DNA of 64,000 bases from Opitutales bacterium (GTDB lineage Bacteria; Verrucomicrobiota; Verrucomicrobiia; Opitutales; PNEW01), in contig CBDANS010000007.1 of NCBI GenBank assembly GCA_965197745.1, forward strand, positions 1,536,001-1,600,000. Reading direction: 5' to 3'. The notes beneath the pieces were generated by a model. That model saw nothing but the letters and a program-made list of their open reading frames with translations. It did no database searches and was not told the DNA's origin. How positions within the stretch are numbered: the first letter of the stretch is position 1; the number at the start of each line of letters is the position of its first letter. Positions 1 through 9,541 of this stretch are shown here, one piece after another. The translations under genes were made by a program, and so were the position numbers.

Positions 1-140
1 AACTGGTAACCGAGGTCTGCGTAAGTATTTATTACCTCCTGCATCTCGTGGGTGCCGTCACTGTTGGTTGTGTGCGTGTGCAAATTTCCTCGAAGCCAGG
101 AGCCACCGGTTAAGTTTTCGTAGGGATGAGTTATATGCAT
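1..140 (-). CDS. PHP-domain / CehA-McbA-like metallohydrolase, N-terminal part (runs off window edge)
   Basis: Manual translation from ATG at 140: MHITHPYENLTGGSWLRGNLHTHTTNSDG...ADLGYQ; the GNLHxHTxxSDG motif is typical of PHP metal-binding domains. Confidence 0.75.
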   Translation of the reverse strand, partial: MHITHPYENLTGGSWLRGNLHTHTTNSDGTHEMQEVINTYADLGYQ

Positions 141-316
141 AATAAGTTTTCCTCGATTAAATTTTAAAGATCATAGATTTTATTTCACTTTACGTTAGCG
201 GCTGGTATATTGATTCACTCTATCCGTAATGCCAAGAGTAATACCATGATTATTCAAGAGAAAACCAATGTGTGGAACAATCGACATTCGCATACAGTAC
301 CGAAAGCGAAGCTCAC

Positions 317-405
317 CTGCCTGCCGTCCATAGTTCTCCCGCACATGCGGGATGGAACGAAGGATGGCCGTCCATAGTCTCACGACTGCGGGACGACGGA
401 TGGAC
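317..405. repeat. Two tandem small hairpin modules (GCCGTCCATAG...CGA(A/C)GG)
   Basis: cctgcctgccgtccatagttctcccgcacatgcgggatggaacgaagg followed by gccgtccatagtctcacgactgcgggacgacgg; same module type is found nested in REPs at 5638, 34838, 44140, 51376. Confidence 0.6.
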
Positions 406-493
406 ATTCTCCAAATCGTAAATTGAATCGATCCCCATTGACTTAACCTTGGATCAGGAAGATATATGAACGGAGGCAGCAAGCTTAGTTATC

Positions 494-1306
494 ATGATAT
501 TGACTGAAGCGCAGATGGATTTTTACCGAGTTTTTGGGTTCCTGATTTTTCGGCAGCTCCTGGTACCGGAAGAAATGGTTTGCTACAACCGGGAATTTGA
601 TTCGGGCATGGAGGCGTGGCGCAAGCGTTTTAAGGGTGAGCAAATTAACCATTTTTGTGTGCCGCTAATGGACGGTGATACCCCTTTCATTTGTTCACTT
701 CTGGATGACCACCGTTTTGCCGATGTCGCCGAACAATTATTAGGCACGGATGTTATTGGTATATGGTCCGATGCGGCCTGGATGTCTGGGGACACACAAT
801 GGCATACGGACCAGGTTACCTCGAAATACCGGGCCGTAAAATTCGCTATTTATCCAGACCCTCTCAATGAAAATAACGGGGCATTGCGTATATTTCCCGG
901 ATCCCATCACAATGTATTCTCAAACCGAATAAACGATAAGACCCTCGGGATGGATACGCGTGTAAAATACGGCGTATCCCCCGAAGAGATGCCGGCTTAT
1001 GTTTTTGCTTTAGGACCCGGAGATGTTGTCGCTTTTGGCAACCCCCTTTGGCATTCGTCTTACGGCGGGAGTGATCAACGAAGGATGGGGGTGGTTATGT
1101 TTACCGAAGATCCACAAACTCCCTATGCCCTGGATAATATTCAGCGCATTATGTATAATATGCATAAGCGTGTGGCTGTAAATTTCAAGGGTCGGTTCTA
1201 CCCCCACTATTGGCGTTCAATTGACAACCCGCGTCATCAATACTGGGTGCGTCGCCTCAAAGAACTGGATATGCTCGAGACGGCAGAAGCTTCCACTTAT
1301 GAGTGA
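494..1306 (+). CDS. PhyH-family (phytanoyl-CoA dioxygenase-like) Fe(II)/2OG dioxygenase
   Basis: LTxxQxxFYxxFGF N-terminus, WHTD (HxD), GALRIFPGSH, distal WH. Confidence 0.85.
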   Translation: MILTEAQMDFYRVFGFLIFRQLLVPEEMVCYNREFDSGMEAWRKRFKGEQINHFCVPLMDGDTPFICSLLDDHRFADVAEQLLGTDVIGIWSDAAWMSGDTQWHTDQVTSKYRAVKFAIYPDPLNENNGALRIFPGSHHNVFSNRINDKTLGMDTRVKYGVSPEEMPAYVFALGPGDVVAFGNPLWHSSYGGSDQRRMGVVMFTEDPQTPYALDNIQRIMYNMHKRVAVNFKGRFYPHYWRSIDNPRHQYWVRRLKELDMLETAEASTYE

Positions 1307-1359
1307 AATTAAATCCTTTATAGCTTAGAAACAAAGTATACATCAATGTAGGGATTGTC

Positions 1360-2139
1360 ATGCGTTTGAAAGATAAAGTAGCTATCGTGACCGGAGCCGC
1401 GAGCGGGATTGGTCGGGCCACCACACATAAATTTATTGAGGAAGGGGCGGTAGTCGTAGCCGTTGATATTAATGAAGACGGGTTAAAAGAAACGGTAAAG
1501 ACCTTGTCCGATAAAGGGAATGGGACACTGCAAACTTTAATCACCGACGTGAGCTGTTCAAAAGAAGTCAAATCCCTCATGGATTCTGTAGTTACACAGT
1601 ATGGACGCCTTGAAGTTATTTTCAGCAACGCGGCTGTCATGAAAGACGGTTCGGTGATCGATTTACCGGAAGAGAATTGGGATGCCATGTTTGCCGTGAA
1701 TGTAAAGGGTGCATTCCTTTTAGGTAAACATGGAATTCCGGTAATGATTAATTCAGGGGGAGGGTCCTTTATTATTACCGCATCGGTGAACAGTTTTTAC
1801 GCGGAATCAGATATCGCCGGTTATTGCGCCACTAAAGGCGCGTCGATGCAAATGACACGGGCGATGGCCATCGATCACGGTCCAGATAAAGTAAGGGTAA
1901 ACTGTATTTGTCCCGGTTGGATCGAAACGCCGATGTCGATGCCTTATTTATCTGAAAATCCCGAGGGGCGTGCGTTTGCCGGGAAAATTGCGCCTGCGGG
2001 GCGAATTGGACAGCCGGAAGACGTGGCGGCAGTCGCTTTGTTTCTGGCAAGTGACGAAGCAGCATTTGTCACTGGCGCCGCTTATAATGTTGATGGTGGA
2101 TGGACGGCAGGTATGACGAAAGCTATAGCATTAGTTTGA
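1360..2139 (+). CDS. Short-chain dehydrogenase/reductase (SDR)
   Basis: TGAASGIG, YCATK catalytic motif, RVNCICPG, VDGG. Confidence 0.95.
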   Translation: MRLKDKVAIVTGAASGIGRATTHKFIEEGAVVVAVDINEDGLKETVKTLSDKGNGTLQTLITDVSCSKEVKSLMDSVVTQYGRLEVIFSNAAVMKDGSVIDLPEENWDAMFAVNVKGAFLLGKHGIPVMINSGGGSFIITASVNSFYAESDIAGYCATKGASMQMTRAMAIDHGPDKVRVNCICPGWIETPMSMPYLSENPEGRAFAGKIAPAGRIGQPEDVAAVALFLASDEAAFVTGAAYNVDGGWTAGMTKAIALV

Positions 2140-2218
2140 TTATAGTTTTAATGTTTATAAATTACTTCTGCCTACTGCACTTAAGTAATCCGAAAAGCTA
2201 TATTTATATAAACAGGGA

Positions 2219-2950
2219 ATGAGACGGTTCTGGTTAATAGTGGGATGTGTTGTGATTGTTGCACTTATCGCAATTTTCAGCGTTCGAGAAAATATTCTAT
2301 CTGAAGAGGGCGTTGATTCTTACCTGGAAGCCCGCTATCGTATGGTTGACGCGCAAATGGAAAAACGTGGAATTAAAAACCCCGAGGTTTTAGCTGTAAT
2401 GCGGAAAGTTCCACGCCATGAATTCGTCCCTGGATTTTATCGCAGGCAGTCTTACAATGATCACCCCCTGCCGATCGGCAAGGGTCAAACCATTTCACAA
2501 CCCTACATTGTAGCGCTTATGACAGAACTGTTGCAGCCAGAGGATACCGATCGCATCCTCGAAATCGGGACCGGTTCAGGGTATCAAGCAGCAGTCCTCG
2601 CTGAACTGGTGGAGGAAGTTTATACCATTGAAATCATTCCCGCTCTTGCCGAGAGTGCCAGAAAAACACTAACCAGACTGAATTATAAAAACATCCAGGT
2701 GAAAGCAGGTGATGGTTACCTTGGGTGGCCCGAAGCCGCGCCCTTCGATGGGATTATCGTCACCGCTGCTCCGCCTTACCTGCCCCAACCTTTGGTAAAA
2801 CAGTTAAAAGAGGGAGGGCGGTTGGTCATTCCTGTCGGCGACTTCTACCAGGAGTTAAAAGTATATACCAAAACGGATTCAGAGCTGCTTTCTGATAATA
2901 TTATTCCGGTTCGATTTGTCCCTATGACCGGCAGGGCACAGGAAAAATAA
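2219..2950 (+). CDS. pcm: Protein-L-isoaspartate O-methyltransferase
   Basis: VPRHEFVP, GQTISQPYIVA, LEIGTGSGYQAAVLA, APFDGIIVTAA, VRFVPM; hydrophobic N-terminal extension. Confidence 0.95.
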   Translation: MRRFWLIVGCVVIVALIAIFSVRENILSEEGVDSYLEARYRMVDAQMEKRGIKNPEVLAVMRKVPRHEFVPGFYRRQSYNDHPLPIGKGQTISQPYIVALMTELLQPEDTDRILEIGTGSGYQAAVLAELVEEVYTIEIIPALAESARKTLTRLNYKNIQVKAGDGYLGWPEAAPFDGIIVTAAPPYLPQPLVKQLKEGGRLVIPVGDFYQELKVYTKTDSELLSDNIIPVRFVPMTGRAQEK

Positions 2951-3016
2951 AAGGTATGAATACCGTTATCAATTCTAACATTGCCATATTAAGACAGGTT
3001 ATAAGATAAAGCATAA

Positions 3017-4198
3017 GTGAATAAAAAATTATTGGATCAATTAAATGAATCAGTCCAGGTCGATCGTCTGGTCGATACCGCGGTAGCAATTGTCGGCATA
3101 CCCAGTCCCACATTAAGTGCCAGGCCCGCTGCCGATAAACTGGCAGAAATATTGAGCGAAGACGGCTTTGAAGTCGAGCGTCCGGAGGCTAATTGGCCTG
3201 AGTCACCAGCGGTGGTTACGCGTTATGATTCTGGACAGCCTGGAAAAACACTGCAGTTTAACGGACATTTGGATACCGTTCATTTGCCCTTTGTCGAACC
3301 CCGGGTGGAAGACGGCAAGCTGTACGGAAGTGGCGCGTCTGATATGAAAGGCGGTGTCGCCGCGATGTGTGAGGCACTCCGTATCCTTCGCGATACGGGA
3401 TTGTTGAATTCAGGTAAAATACTATTGACCGCCCATGATCACCATGAAGCCCCCTGGGGAGATGGCCGGCAAGTAAAAGCCCTGATTGATGAAGGCTATG
3501 TCGGGGACGGTGTTCTGATCCCCGAATATCTGTCTCATTGTTTGCCCGTCCTGGGTAGAGGCATGGGGATTTTCGAAGTCAGTATCACGCGGGAAGGAAT
3601 ACCGGTACACGAGGTGCAGGGAGGTTTGGAGCAGCCATCAGTGATTGCCGCCGGTGCAGAACTCATTCGCAGGTTTAGCGAGTTGGATATATCATTAACG
3701 AAACTGACTCACCCCTTAGGGACACGTGAAAGTATATTTATCGGGCAGGTAAGTTCAGGTGAAATTTATAATCAATCACCAACGGAGTTTAAACTCCAGG
3801 GCACCCGTCGGTGGCTGCCCGGAACTTCAAAAGATAAGGTTGAAAAGCAATTGCAGGATATACTTATGGAAGTGGGGCAGCTTGAGGGAATAAAAGGGGT
3901 GGGTGAATTTAATTTCCTCTTAGATCCCTATGAACTCAACCAGGATCACCCATTGTTGCCAGCTTTTCAGTCAGCTTACCAGGCAATCAAAGGTCAATCC
4001 CTTTCGCTTGGACCTAAACCCTTTTTGGATGATGGGAATAACTTTATCGCCAAAGCAGGCATTCCAGCGATCACTCATGGACCCGCTGCCATTGGGGCGC
4101 ACACCATAAATGAAGAAGTTTCGATTGACGAGCTGAAGCGGGTGGCGCTTACTTACGCATTAACCGCAATCAAATTCTGTAGTAACGACGATGAGTGA
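3017..4198 (+). CDS. M20-family metallopeptidase/deacylase (ArgE/DapE-like)
   Basis: FNGHLDTV, LYGSGASDMKGG, C-terminal GPxxxxAHTINE. Confidence 0.9.
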   Translation: MNKKLLDQLNESVQVDRLVDTAVAIVGIPSPTLSARPAADKLAEILSEDGFEVERPEANWPESPAVVTRYDSGQPGKTLQFNGHLDTVHLPFVEPRVEDGKLYGSGASDMKGGVAAMCEALRILRDTGLLNSGKILLTAHDHHEAPWGDGRQVKALIDEGYVGDGVLIPEYLSHCLPVLGRGMGIFEVSITREGIPVHEVQGGLEQPSVIAAGAELIRRFSELDISLTKLTHPLGTRESIFIGQVSSGEIYNQSPTEFKLQGTRRWLPGTSKDKVEKQLQDILMEVGQLEGIKGVGEFNFLLDPYELNQDHPLLPAFQSAYQAIKGQSLSLGPKPFLDDGNNFIAKAGIPAITHGPAAIGAHTINEEVSIDELKRVALTYALTAIKFCSNDDE

Positions 4199-5558
4199 TA
4201 TCATTTCTGAAAAACAAACCCTCGAAGAACGGTATCTGCGGCAGATTTTTATCCGCGATCAGATGACCGAGTTTGTTAAGGAACCATTTGTAATGAGTGG
4301 TTCTGATGGCGTTTATTATACGGATATTGATGGGAAACGCTACCTTGATGGTATTGCAGGAATCTTTGTCGCTTCAGTGGGCCATAATAACCGACGGGTG
4401 ATTGATGCGATAAAAGACCAGTTGGACAAAATGTCTTTTGCCCCGATCATGCACGGAACGAATGCATTAGCGGTTCAATTAGCCAATATGCTGGCAGAAA
4501 TTGCCCCCGGTGATTTAAGTGCGGTAAAATTTTGCAGTGGCGGAGCCGAAGCAAACGAAACCGCTTTTAAAATGGCGCGCCAGTATCATAAACTCAGTGG
4601 AAATCCTAACAAGTATAAGATTATCTCGCGCTACCATTCCTGGCATGGGGGCACAATGGGGTCCTTATCGGCGTCCGGATTAACCTCACGTCGTGTTGAC
4701 TCCGAGCCACTGGCAGCAGGTTTTGTTCATGTCTTTCCTCCTTACTGCTATCGCTGTCCCTTTGGTAAAGAATACCCCAGTTGTAATATTACCTGCGCCG
4801 GACTGATCGAGGACACAATCATTATGGAAGATCCGGATACCGTCGCTGCCGTAATTGTTGAACCGATTGGGCATACCGGTGGCATCATGGATCCTCCACC
4901 AGAGTATCTGCCCCTATTACGCGAATTTTGCGACAGGCATAACGTGCTTCTGATTTTTGATGAAATAATTACCGGGATAGGGCGCACCGGAGAAATGTTC
5001 GCCGCTGATACATTTGGTGTTGTCCCTGATTTGATTTGTTTGGGGAAGGGATTGTCGGGGGGATACATGCCTCTATCCGCGGTTCTTTGTCGAAGACCCA
5101 TCGCTGATAAATTCTGGGGCGATAAGGAAACAAATCCCGGCTTTGTCTCGGGACATACTTATGAAGGTAATCCCATTGCCTGTGCTGCAGGATTGGCGAC
5201 GTTAACGGAAATTATTGAAAAGGATTTATGCGCAAACGCACGTAAGGTGGGCAGCCATTTACGCCAAGGTCTGGAGGGACTTCGCAAGCATGGAATCATC
5301 GGGGACATTCGAGGGAAAGGAATGTTTTTTGGTGTAGAATTTGTCCGTGATCCTGTGACTAAAGAAAAATTCTCAGATGATATTCCGATTTCCACCCTTA
5401 TTGGGAAACGGGCTTTAGCAAAAGGTCTCCTGTTGCGGTATGACCCGCATTGGATGTCATTGGGACCACCCTTAATCCTGACGGAAGAGCAAGCTGATGA
5501 ACTTGTTTCCATTTTAGACGAAAGCATCACCGAAGTGTTGCAGGAAATAAATAATTAG
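4191..5558 (+). CDS. Class III PLP-dependent aminotransferase
   Basis: SGGAEANETAFK, SWHGGT, LLIFDEIITGIGRTG, DLICLGKGLSGG; overlaps the upstream stop (operon). Confidence 0.95.
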   Translation: MSDIISEKQTLEERYLRQIFIRDQMTEFVKEPFVMSGSDGVYYTDIDGKRYLDGIAGIFVASVGHNNRRVIDAIKDQLDKMSFAPIMHGTNALAVQLANMLAEIAPGDLSAVKFCSGGAEANETAFKMARQYHKLSGNPNKYKIISRYHSWHGGTMGSLSASGLTSRRVDSEPLAAGFVHVFPPYCYRCPFGKEYPSCNITCAGLIEDTIIMEDPDTVAAVIVEPIGHTGGIMDPPPEYLPLLREFCDRHNVLLIFDEIITGIGRTGEMFAADTFGVVPDLICLGKGLSGGYMPLSAVLCRRPIADKFWGDKETNPGFVSGHTYEGNPIACAAGLATLTEIIEKDLCANARKVGSHLRQGLEGLRKHGIIGDIRGKGMFFGVEFVRDPVTKEKFSDDIPISTLIGKRALAKGLLLRYDPHWMSLGPPLILTEEQADELVSILDESITEVLQEINN

Positions 5559-5622
5559 AGCGGCAGTCCGACATTTATAAATATCCGGAGGGCGACGGCT
5601 GATCGTGGCCTTAACAACAAAG

Positions 5623-5738
5623 AGGTGGAGCGGGCTGCCTGACGGCCATAGCGTAACACTGCACAGCGACGGCTGTTCCCCAGCACGCTATGTTTAAATA
5701 ATGAATAACGGTTAACGCGCTACAGCACCGCGTTCCAC
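5623..5738. repeat. REP-like inverted pair, family B (GGTGGAGCGGGCTG...CCGCGTTCCAC), with nested hairpin insert
   Basis: Same arms as 6373-6451, 34820-34941, 44126-44280, 51362-51451, 55448-55524. Confidence 0.8.
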
Positions 5739-5754
5739 ATGATATTGATAAATA

Positions 5755-5782
5755 TTTGGAGGGCCACGCTCCGTCGTGGCCG
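5755..5782 (+). repeat. REP-like palindrome, family C (TTTGGAGGGCCACGCTCCGTCGTGGCCG)
   Basis: Internal hairpin GGCCACG/CGTGGCC; copies at 6467-6494 and inverted at 13627-13654. Confidence 0.75.
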
Positions 5783-5875
5783 TAGCGTATTAGTGGAAAC
5801 GGGGCAATTTGCCGCTATGCGTAAGTTCAAATAAATAACAACAAGATGCACAATAGATACAAGCTCATGCCCCTT

Positions 5876-6339
5876 TTGTCATTGCGAGGAGTAATACGAC
5901 GCGGCTACCGAGTTCAGCATCTGCGGGACGACATCTTCCATTCCAGAAATATGGGATTAACCAATATCCCATATAAACCGATTATAAATATGTGCGCACA
6001 ATATATTACGTTTATATCCTCACCAATAAACGTAATGGAACACTTTACACAGGAGTCACTCGCAGTTTATTACGTCGCTTATGGGAGCATAAAAATAAAT
6101 TAAAGGTGGGGTTCACCAAGAATTACGATATTCATAGACTGGTATATCACGAATCCTTTTACGATATTGAAAATGCGATTCTACGTGAAAAGCAAATCAA
6201 AGCCGGTTCGAGAAAAAGGAAAATTGCCTTAATTGAAAAAGAGAACCCTTTTTGGAAAGATCTGAGCCGAGATTGGTATTCGTAAGAACAATGACTATTC
6301 GCCTGGATTGCTTCGTTGCATCACTCCTCGCAATGACAA
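5876..6339 (+). mobile_element. GIY-YIG nuclease cassette bounded by REP-like terminal inverted repeats, copy 1 (464 bp)
   Basis: TTGTCATTGCGAGGAGT (5876-5892) is a perfect inverted repeat of ACTCCTCGCAATGACAA (6323-6339); near-identical inverted copy at 9542-10005; mobility is inferred. Confidence 0.75.
5992..6285 (+). CDS. Small stand-alone GIY-YIG nuclease (UPF0213/YhbQ-like)
   Basis: YYVYIL...LYTGVT...RRLWEHK...AILREKQIK...NPFWKDL; GTG start. Confidence 0.9.
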   Translation: MRTIYYVYILTNKRNGTLYTGVTRSLLRRLWEHKNKLKVGFTKNYDIHRLVYHESFYDIENAILREKQIKAGSRKRKIALIEKENPFWKDLSRDWYS

Positions 6340-6372
6340 GAGTAGAGCAAAAGCGAACACTATAATTTCTCT

Positions 6373-6553
6373 AGGTGGAGCGGGCTGCCCCTAGCACGCT
6401 ATATTTAAATAATGAAGAACCTCAAACGCGGTAGAGACACCGCGTTCCACCCGACATTGATGAAAATTTGGAGGGCCACGCGTCGTCGTGGCCGCGATTC
6501 AAGGTACAGCTTATAATGGAAAATACGCGGACGCGACAACGCGCGTCCCTCCA
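6373..6553. repeat. Composite REP unit: family B pair (6373-6451) plus family C pair (6467-6553)
   Basis: Direct repeat of 5623-5782; inverted homolog including spacer at 13561-13686. Confidence 0.8.
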
Positions 6554-6610
6554 TTATTCTCATGTTCCTATTATCCTGTGTTATCTAGAACAGCCAACCT
6601 GCAAACAGCA

Positions 6611-7444
6611 TTATCGAACAGCGTGTTTGAACAGGGGTTTGGCTTTTTCCGGAAGCTTATCATAAACTTCCAGTGGCATCGGAGGGTATTGGATAACCCT
6701 CTGCTTGGGGTCATCATTAACAATTTTCATTTCTGTCGATCCTGGTATATATATATTCTGGTTCATCCACCAGGGCGCGTAACGGGCAACCATGGAGATA
6801 CGGGGCTCATCCGTTTTATTTGCCCCGCTCGCATGCCACATGCGACTGTCAAAAGCGAGGACGCTACCCTCAGATCCGGTCACCTGTATTTCATCGGGAA
6901 AAGGATCTAAAGTTGGTTCTTCACCATAGGAAGGATTTGTGTCTCGCTTATGGCTGCGCGGCACGAGGTGGGTTCCACCGTTATCCTCCCTAAAGGGGGA
7001 CATCATCCAGATTGTGGTTATGGTCATTAAAATTGTATCAGGGTAGGGGCTTTCAATATGCCCCGCATAGTTTCCTGCGAAAGGTTGATCCCCATGCCAC
7101 TCCCTACGATCACTGCCTGGTATATTATTCGTGGTTGAAGTGGCACAAACGCGAAAATGAGGGCCGAATAAATTTTCTATCAAGGAGGTCATTCTGGAAT
7201 CAGCGAGATATTCGGCAAAGGACGGAATATAATTTATGGAAGATGCGCAATATAAGGTATATCCGTTAGTAACTCGGGTGAACGGTTTGTTTTCGGGTTC
7301 ACCCTGTCCGATCGTGATCAGTTCGTCTCTAATAGGAGCTATGCGATCTTCTGGTACTACATCCTCGATTATACACCAACCCTCTTCACGTATCTCTGAT
7401 GCCAATGACTCCGTTGATTTTACCTCTTGAATATTAGAACTCAT
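6611..7444 (-). CDS. PhyH-family dioxygenase
   Basis: GWCIIEDV, WHGD, NGGTHLVPRSH, FDSRMWHASGAN...R. Confidence 0.85.
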   Translation of the reverse strand: MSSNIQEVKSTESLASEIREEGWCIIEDVVPEDRIAPIRDELITIGQGEPENKPFTRVTNGYTLYCASSINYIPSFAEYLADSRMTSLIENLFGPHFRVCATSTTNNIPGSDRREWHGDQPFAGNYAGHIESPYPDTILMTITTIWMMSPFREDNGGTHLVPRSHKRDTNPSYGEEPTLDPFPDEIQVTGSEGSVLAFDSRMWHASGANKTDEPRISMVARYAPWWMNQNIYIPGSTEMKIVNDDPKQRVIQYPPMPLEVYDKLPEKAKPLFKHAVR

Positions 7445-7563
7445 TGCTGGTTATTAAATTAATAATGAAAAATATTAGATCAAGAAATATTCAGAAAAAA
7501 TATATTTCTTTAAGGAGTAAAATATGAGATCGACTATTTATAATTTAAATACATAATGAATAA

Positions 7564-7581
7564 TGAGGGTTATTACCCTCA
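7564..7581. promoter_or_regulatory. Putative operator palindrome TGAGGGT-N4-ACCCTCA upstream of a pilin-like gene
   Basis: Perfect 7-bp inverted repeat about 25 bp before the start codon at 7606. Confidence 0.4.
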
Positions 7582-7605
7582 ATTCGAATATAATACCATC
7601 TAGAT

Positions 7606-8079
7606 ATGCATACTAAGAAAATATCGGGGCTTTCGGGTTTTACTTTGGTTGAGGTCATGATCGTGGTTGTGATTATTGGTCTCCTTGCCTCGTTTGCGAT
7701 ACCCGCTTTTAATAGAACGAGGATCGAATCGAGGGGCACGGCGTTCACCAATGACTTGCGTATATTTGCCGACGCTGCAGATACTTATATGCTGGAAACC
7801 GGCGACTACCTGGAAGATTCCGGTAGTGGGCAATTGCCTACGGGGTGGGATAATTATGTTCAGGTGGATAAATGGACGGGTGGTACCCCCATCGGTGGAG
7901 TCTGGGACATGGAATTGGATTCATTTGGATTCAAAGCTGGATTGGGTGTTCATGGGCCTGATTTTACGGTCCAGCAAATGCAAAGTATCGATGATCGGTA
8001 CGATGATGGTGACCTCAATACTGGAAAATTTCGCCGCATTGCGGCCGACCGTTACTATTTTATCCTCGAGGATACCTGA
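7606..8079 (+). CDS. Type IV pilin / type II secretion pseudopilin-like protein
   Basis: GFTLVEVMIVVVIIGLLA N-methylation motif; C-terminal IDDRYDDGDLNTGKF shared with paralogs. Confidence 0.85.
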   Translation: MHTKKISGLSGFTLVEVMIVVVIIGLLASFAIPAFNRTRIESRGTAFTNDLRIFADAADTYMLETGDYLEDSGSGQLPTGWDNYVQVDKWTGGTPIGGVWDMELDSFGFKAGLGVHGPDFTVQQMQSIDDRYDDGDLNTGKFRRIAADRYYFILEDT

Positions 8080-8188
8080 TAACCGTTAGGAATCACTTCG
8101 TTTGTTTTGCCCATCAGGCAATAAATGCTTGTCCCACACCCAGGGGATCGCAGGATGGCCATGAATACAGTTAAACAAGTATAATCTA

Positions 8189-9439
8189 ATGCCAACTCCC
8201 GGGGACAACTTCACTGAAATTAGTGCCTATCTTGGCAGGCAAGAAGGCACGCTGATTAAATTTCTTCAAGGTCTGATACGAATGCCAACCGTAAATCCCC
8301 CCGGTGATTGCTATACAAATTGCGTAACGGTTCTTGAAAAAAAACTTCATGCCATTGGGATGAAAACCCAGGTCATTCGTGTGCCCTCGATTAAGCAGAG
8401 AAAAGTGACTCTTGACTTCATGAAGTATCCCCGGTTTAACTTGATTGGGAGATGGAATACCGGGGCCACGAAAACACTACACTTTAATGCTCATTATGAT
8501 GTGGTCCCTGTCTCTGGTAATTGGAAATATGGGCCATTTGAACCGAGGGTAAAAGACGGGTGGATTTATGGGCGGGGGTCAGCGGATATGAAAGGCGCCA
8601 TAGCCGCCTGTTGTCTTGCCATTCAAGCCATGAAGCGATGCAGGAGAATTCCAGGGGTCAATGTCGAGGTGTCCTTCACTGCGGATGAAGAAACAGGGGG
8701 CGAATTAGGAGCCGGGTATATAGTCCAGGAAAAGCTGGTAAATCCTGATTATGCGGTGGTGTGTGAGGGCGGCAGTGGAAGAACTGTCGGTTGCGGTCAT
8801 AATGGGGTTCTCTGGTTGGAGTCGATGATAACCGGGAAATCCGCGCATGCCGCGCACCCGCATAATGGAATTAATGCTTTTGAAAACATGTCAGCGCTGG
8901 TCGTAAAATTACACCGGTGGAAAAAAATCCTGCAAAAACGCAGCTTCGTCGGTCCCAATGGAAATAAAAAGCATCCCACCATTAACATAGGAGGCGTATT
9001 CGGGGTTGGTTCAGGGGCGAAAGTAAATACGGTACCTTCTCACGCGAGTTTCACTATTGATAGACGCATTATTCCCAGTGATTCATTTCGCGAATCGGAA
9101 AGAGAAATTAAAAGTGTGATCAATGAAGCCAAAAGGCAGATACCGGATCTTCGCGTGAAAACATCACGCCTTTTAGCCATTAAACCCTGTCTCGTTGATC
9201 ACGAAAGTTACTTTCCCCAAACGGTTGCCCATGCGGTCCGTTCTGTCCTTGGTGGCCGTACTCAATTTGGGGTATGTGACGGGTTTACCGATATGAACCG
9301 CTTTGTTACAGGTAAAATTCCGACCGTGGGCTATGGTCCTGGGGGTAAGAATATTCACAGTGTCGACGAGCGCGCAAAAGTGCGTGATATACTGCAAACG
9401 GCCAGGGTTTATGCAAAACTGATGCTCTCACTTAAATAG
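8189..9439 (+). CDS. M20-family metallopeptidase (ArgE/DapE-like)
   Basis: TVNPPG, FNAHYDVV, YGRGSADMKG, DEETGG, GPG...HSVDE. Confidence 0.92.
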   Translation: MPTPGDNFTEISAYLGRQEGTLIKFLQGLIRMPTVNPPGDCYTNCVTVLEKKLHAIGMKTQVIRVPSIKQRKVTLDFMKYPRFNLIGRWNTGATKTLHFNAHYDVVPVSGNWKYGPFEPRVKDGWIYGRGSADMKGAIAACCLAIQAMKRCRRIPGVNVEVSFTADEETGGELGAGYIVQEKLVNPDYAVVCEGGSGRTVGCGHNGVLWLESMITGKSAHAAHPHNGINAFENMSALVVKLHRWKKILQKRSFVGPNGNKKHPTINIGGVFGVGSGAKVNTVPSHASFTIDRRIIPSDSFRESEREIKSVINEAKRQIPDLRVKTSRLLAIKPCLVDHESYFPQTVAHAVRSVLGGRTQFGVCDGFTDMNRFVTGKIPTVGYGPGGKNIHSVDERAKVRDILQTARVYAKLMLSLK

Positions 9440-9541
9440 GGTGAGGGCGACGGCTGATCGTGGCCGTAACGAATAAGTTGGGTCGGAGCAATTTACCACC
9501 GTGTGTAAGTTCAAAAAAATAGCTACAAGCTAATGCACCTC

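Noticed and set aside
195..482. 95-aa ORF
   Set aside because: Largely translates two tandem hairpin repeat modules; no protein motif.
5992..6285. GIY-YIG ORF as uvrC or an intron-encoded homing endonuclease
   Set aside because: Only 97 aa, with no UvrC C-terminal or extra DNA-binding domains; it is intergenic and does not interrupt a host gene.
5585..6553. Clustered repeats as a CRISPR array
   Set aside because: Repeats are inverted pairs of differing families with homologous spacers and no constant period; there are no cas genes.
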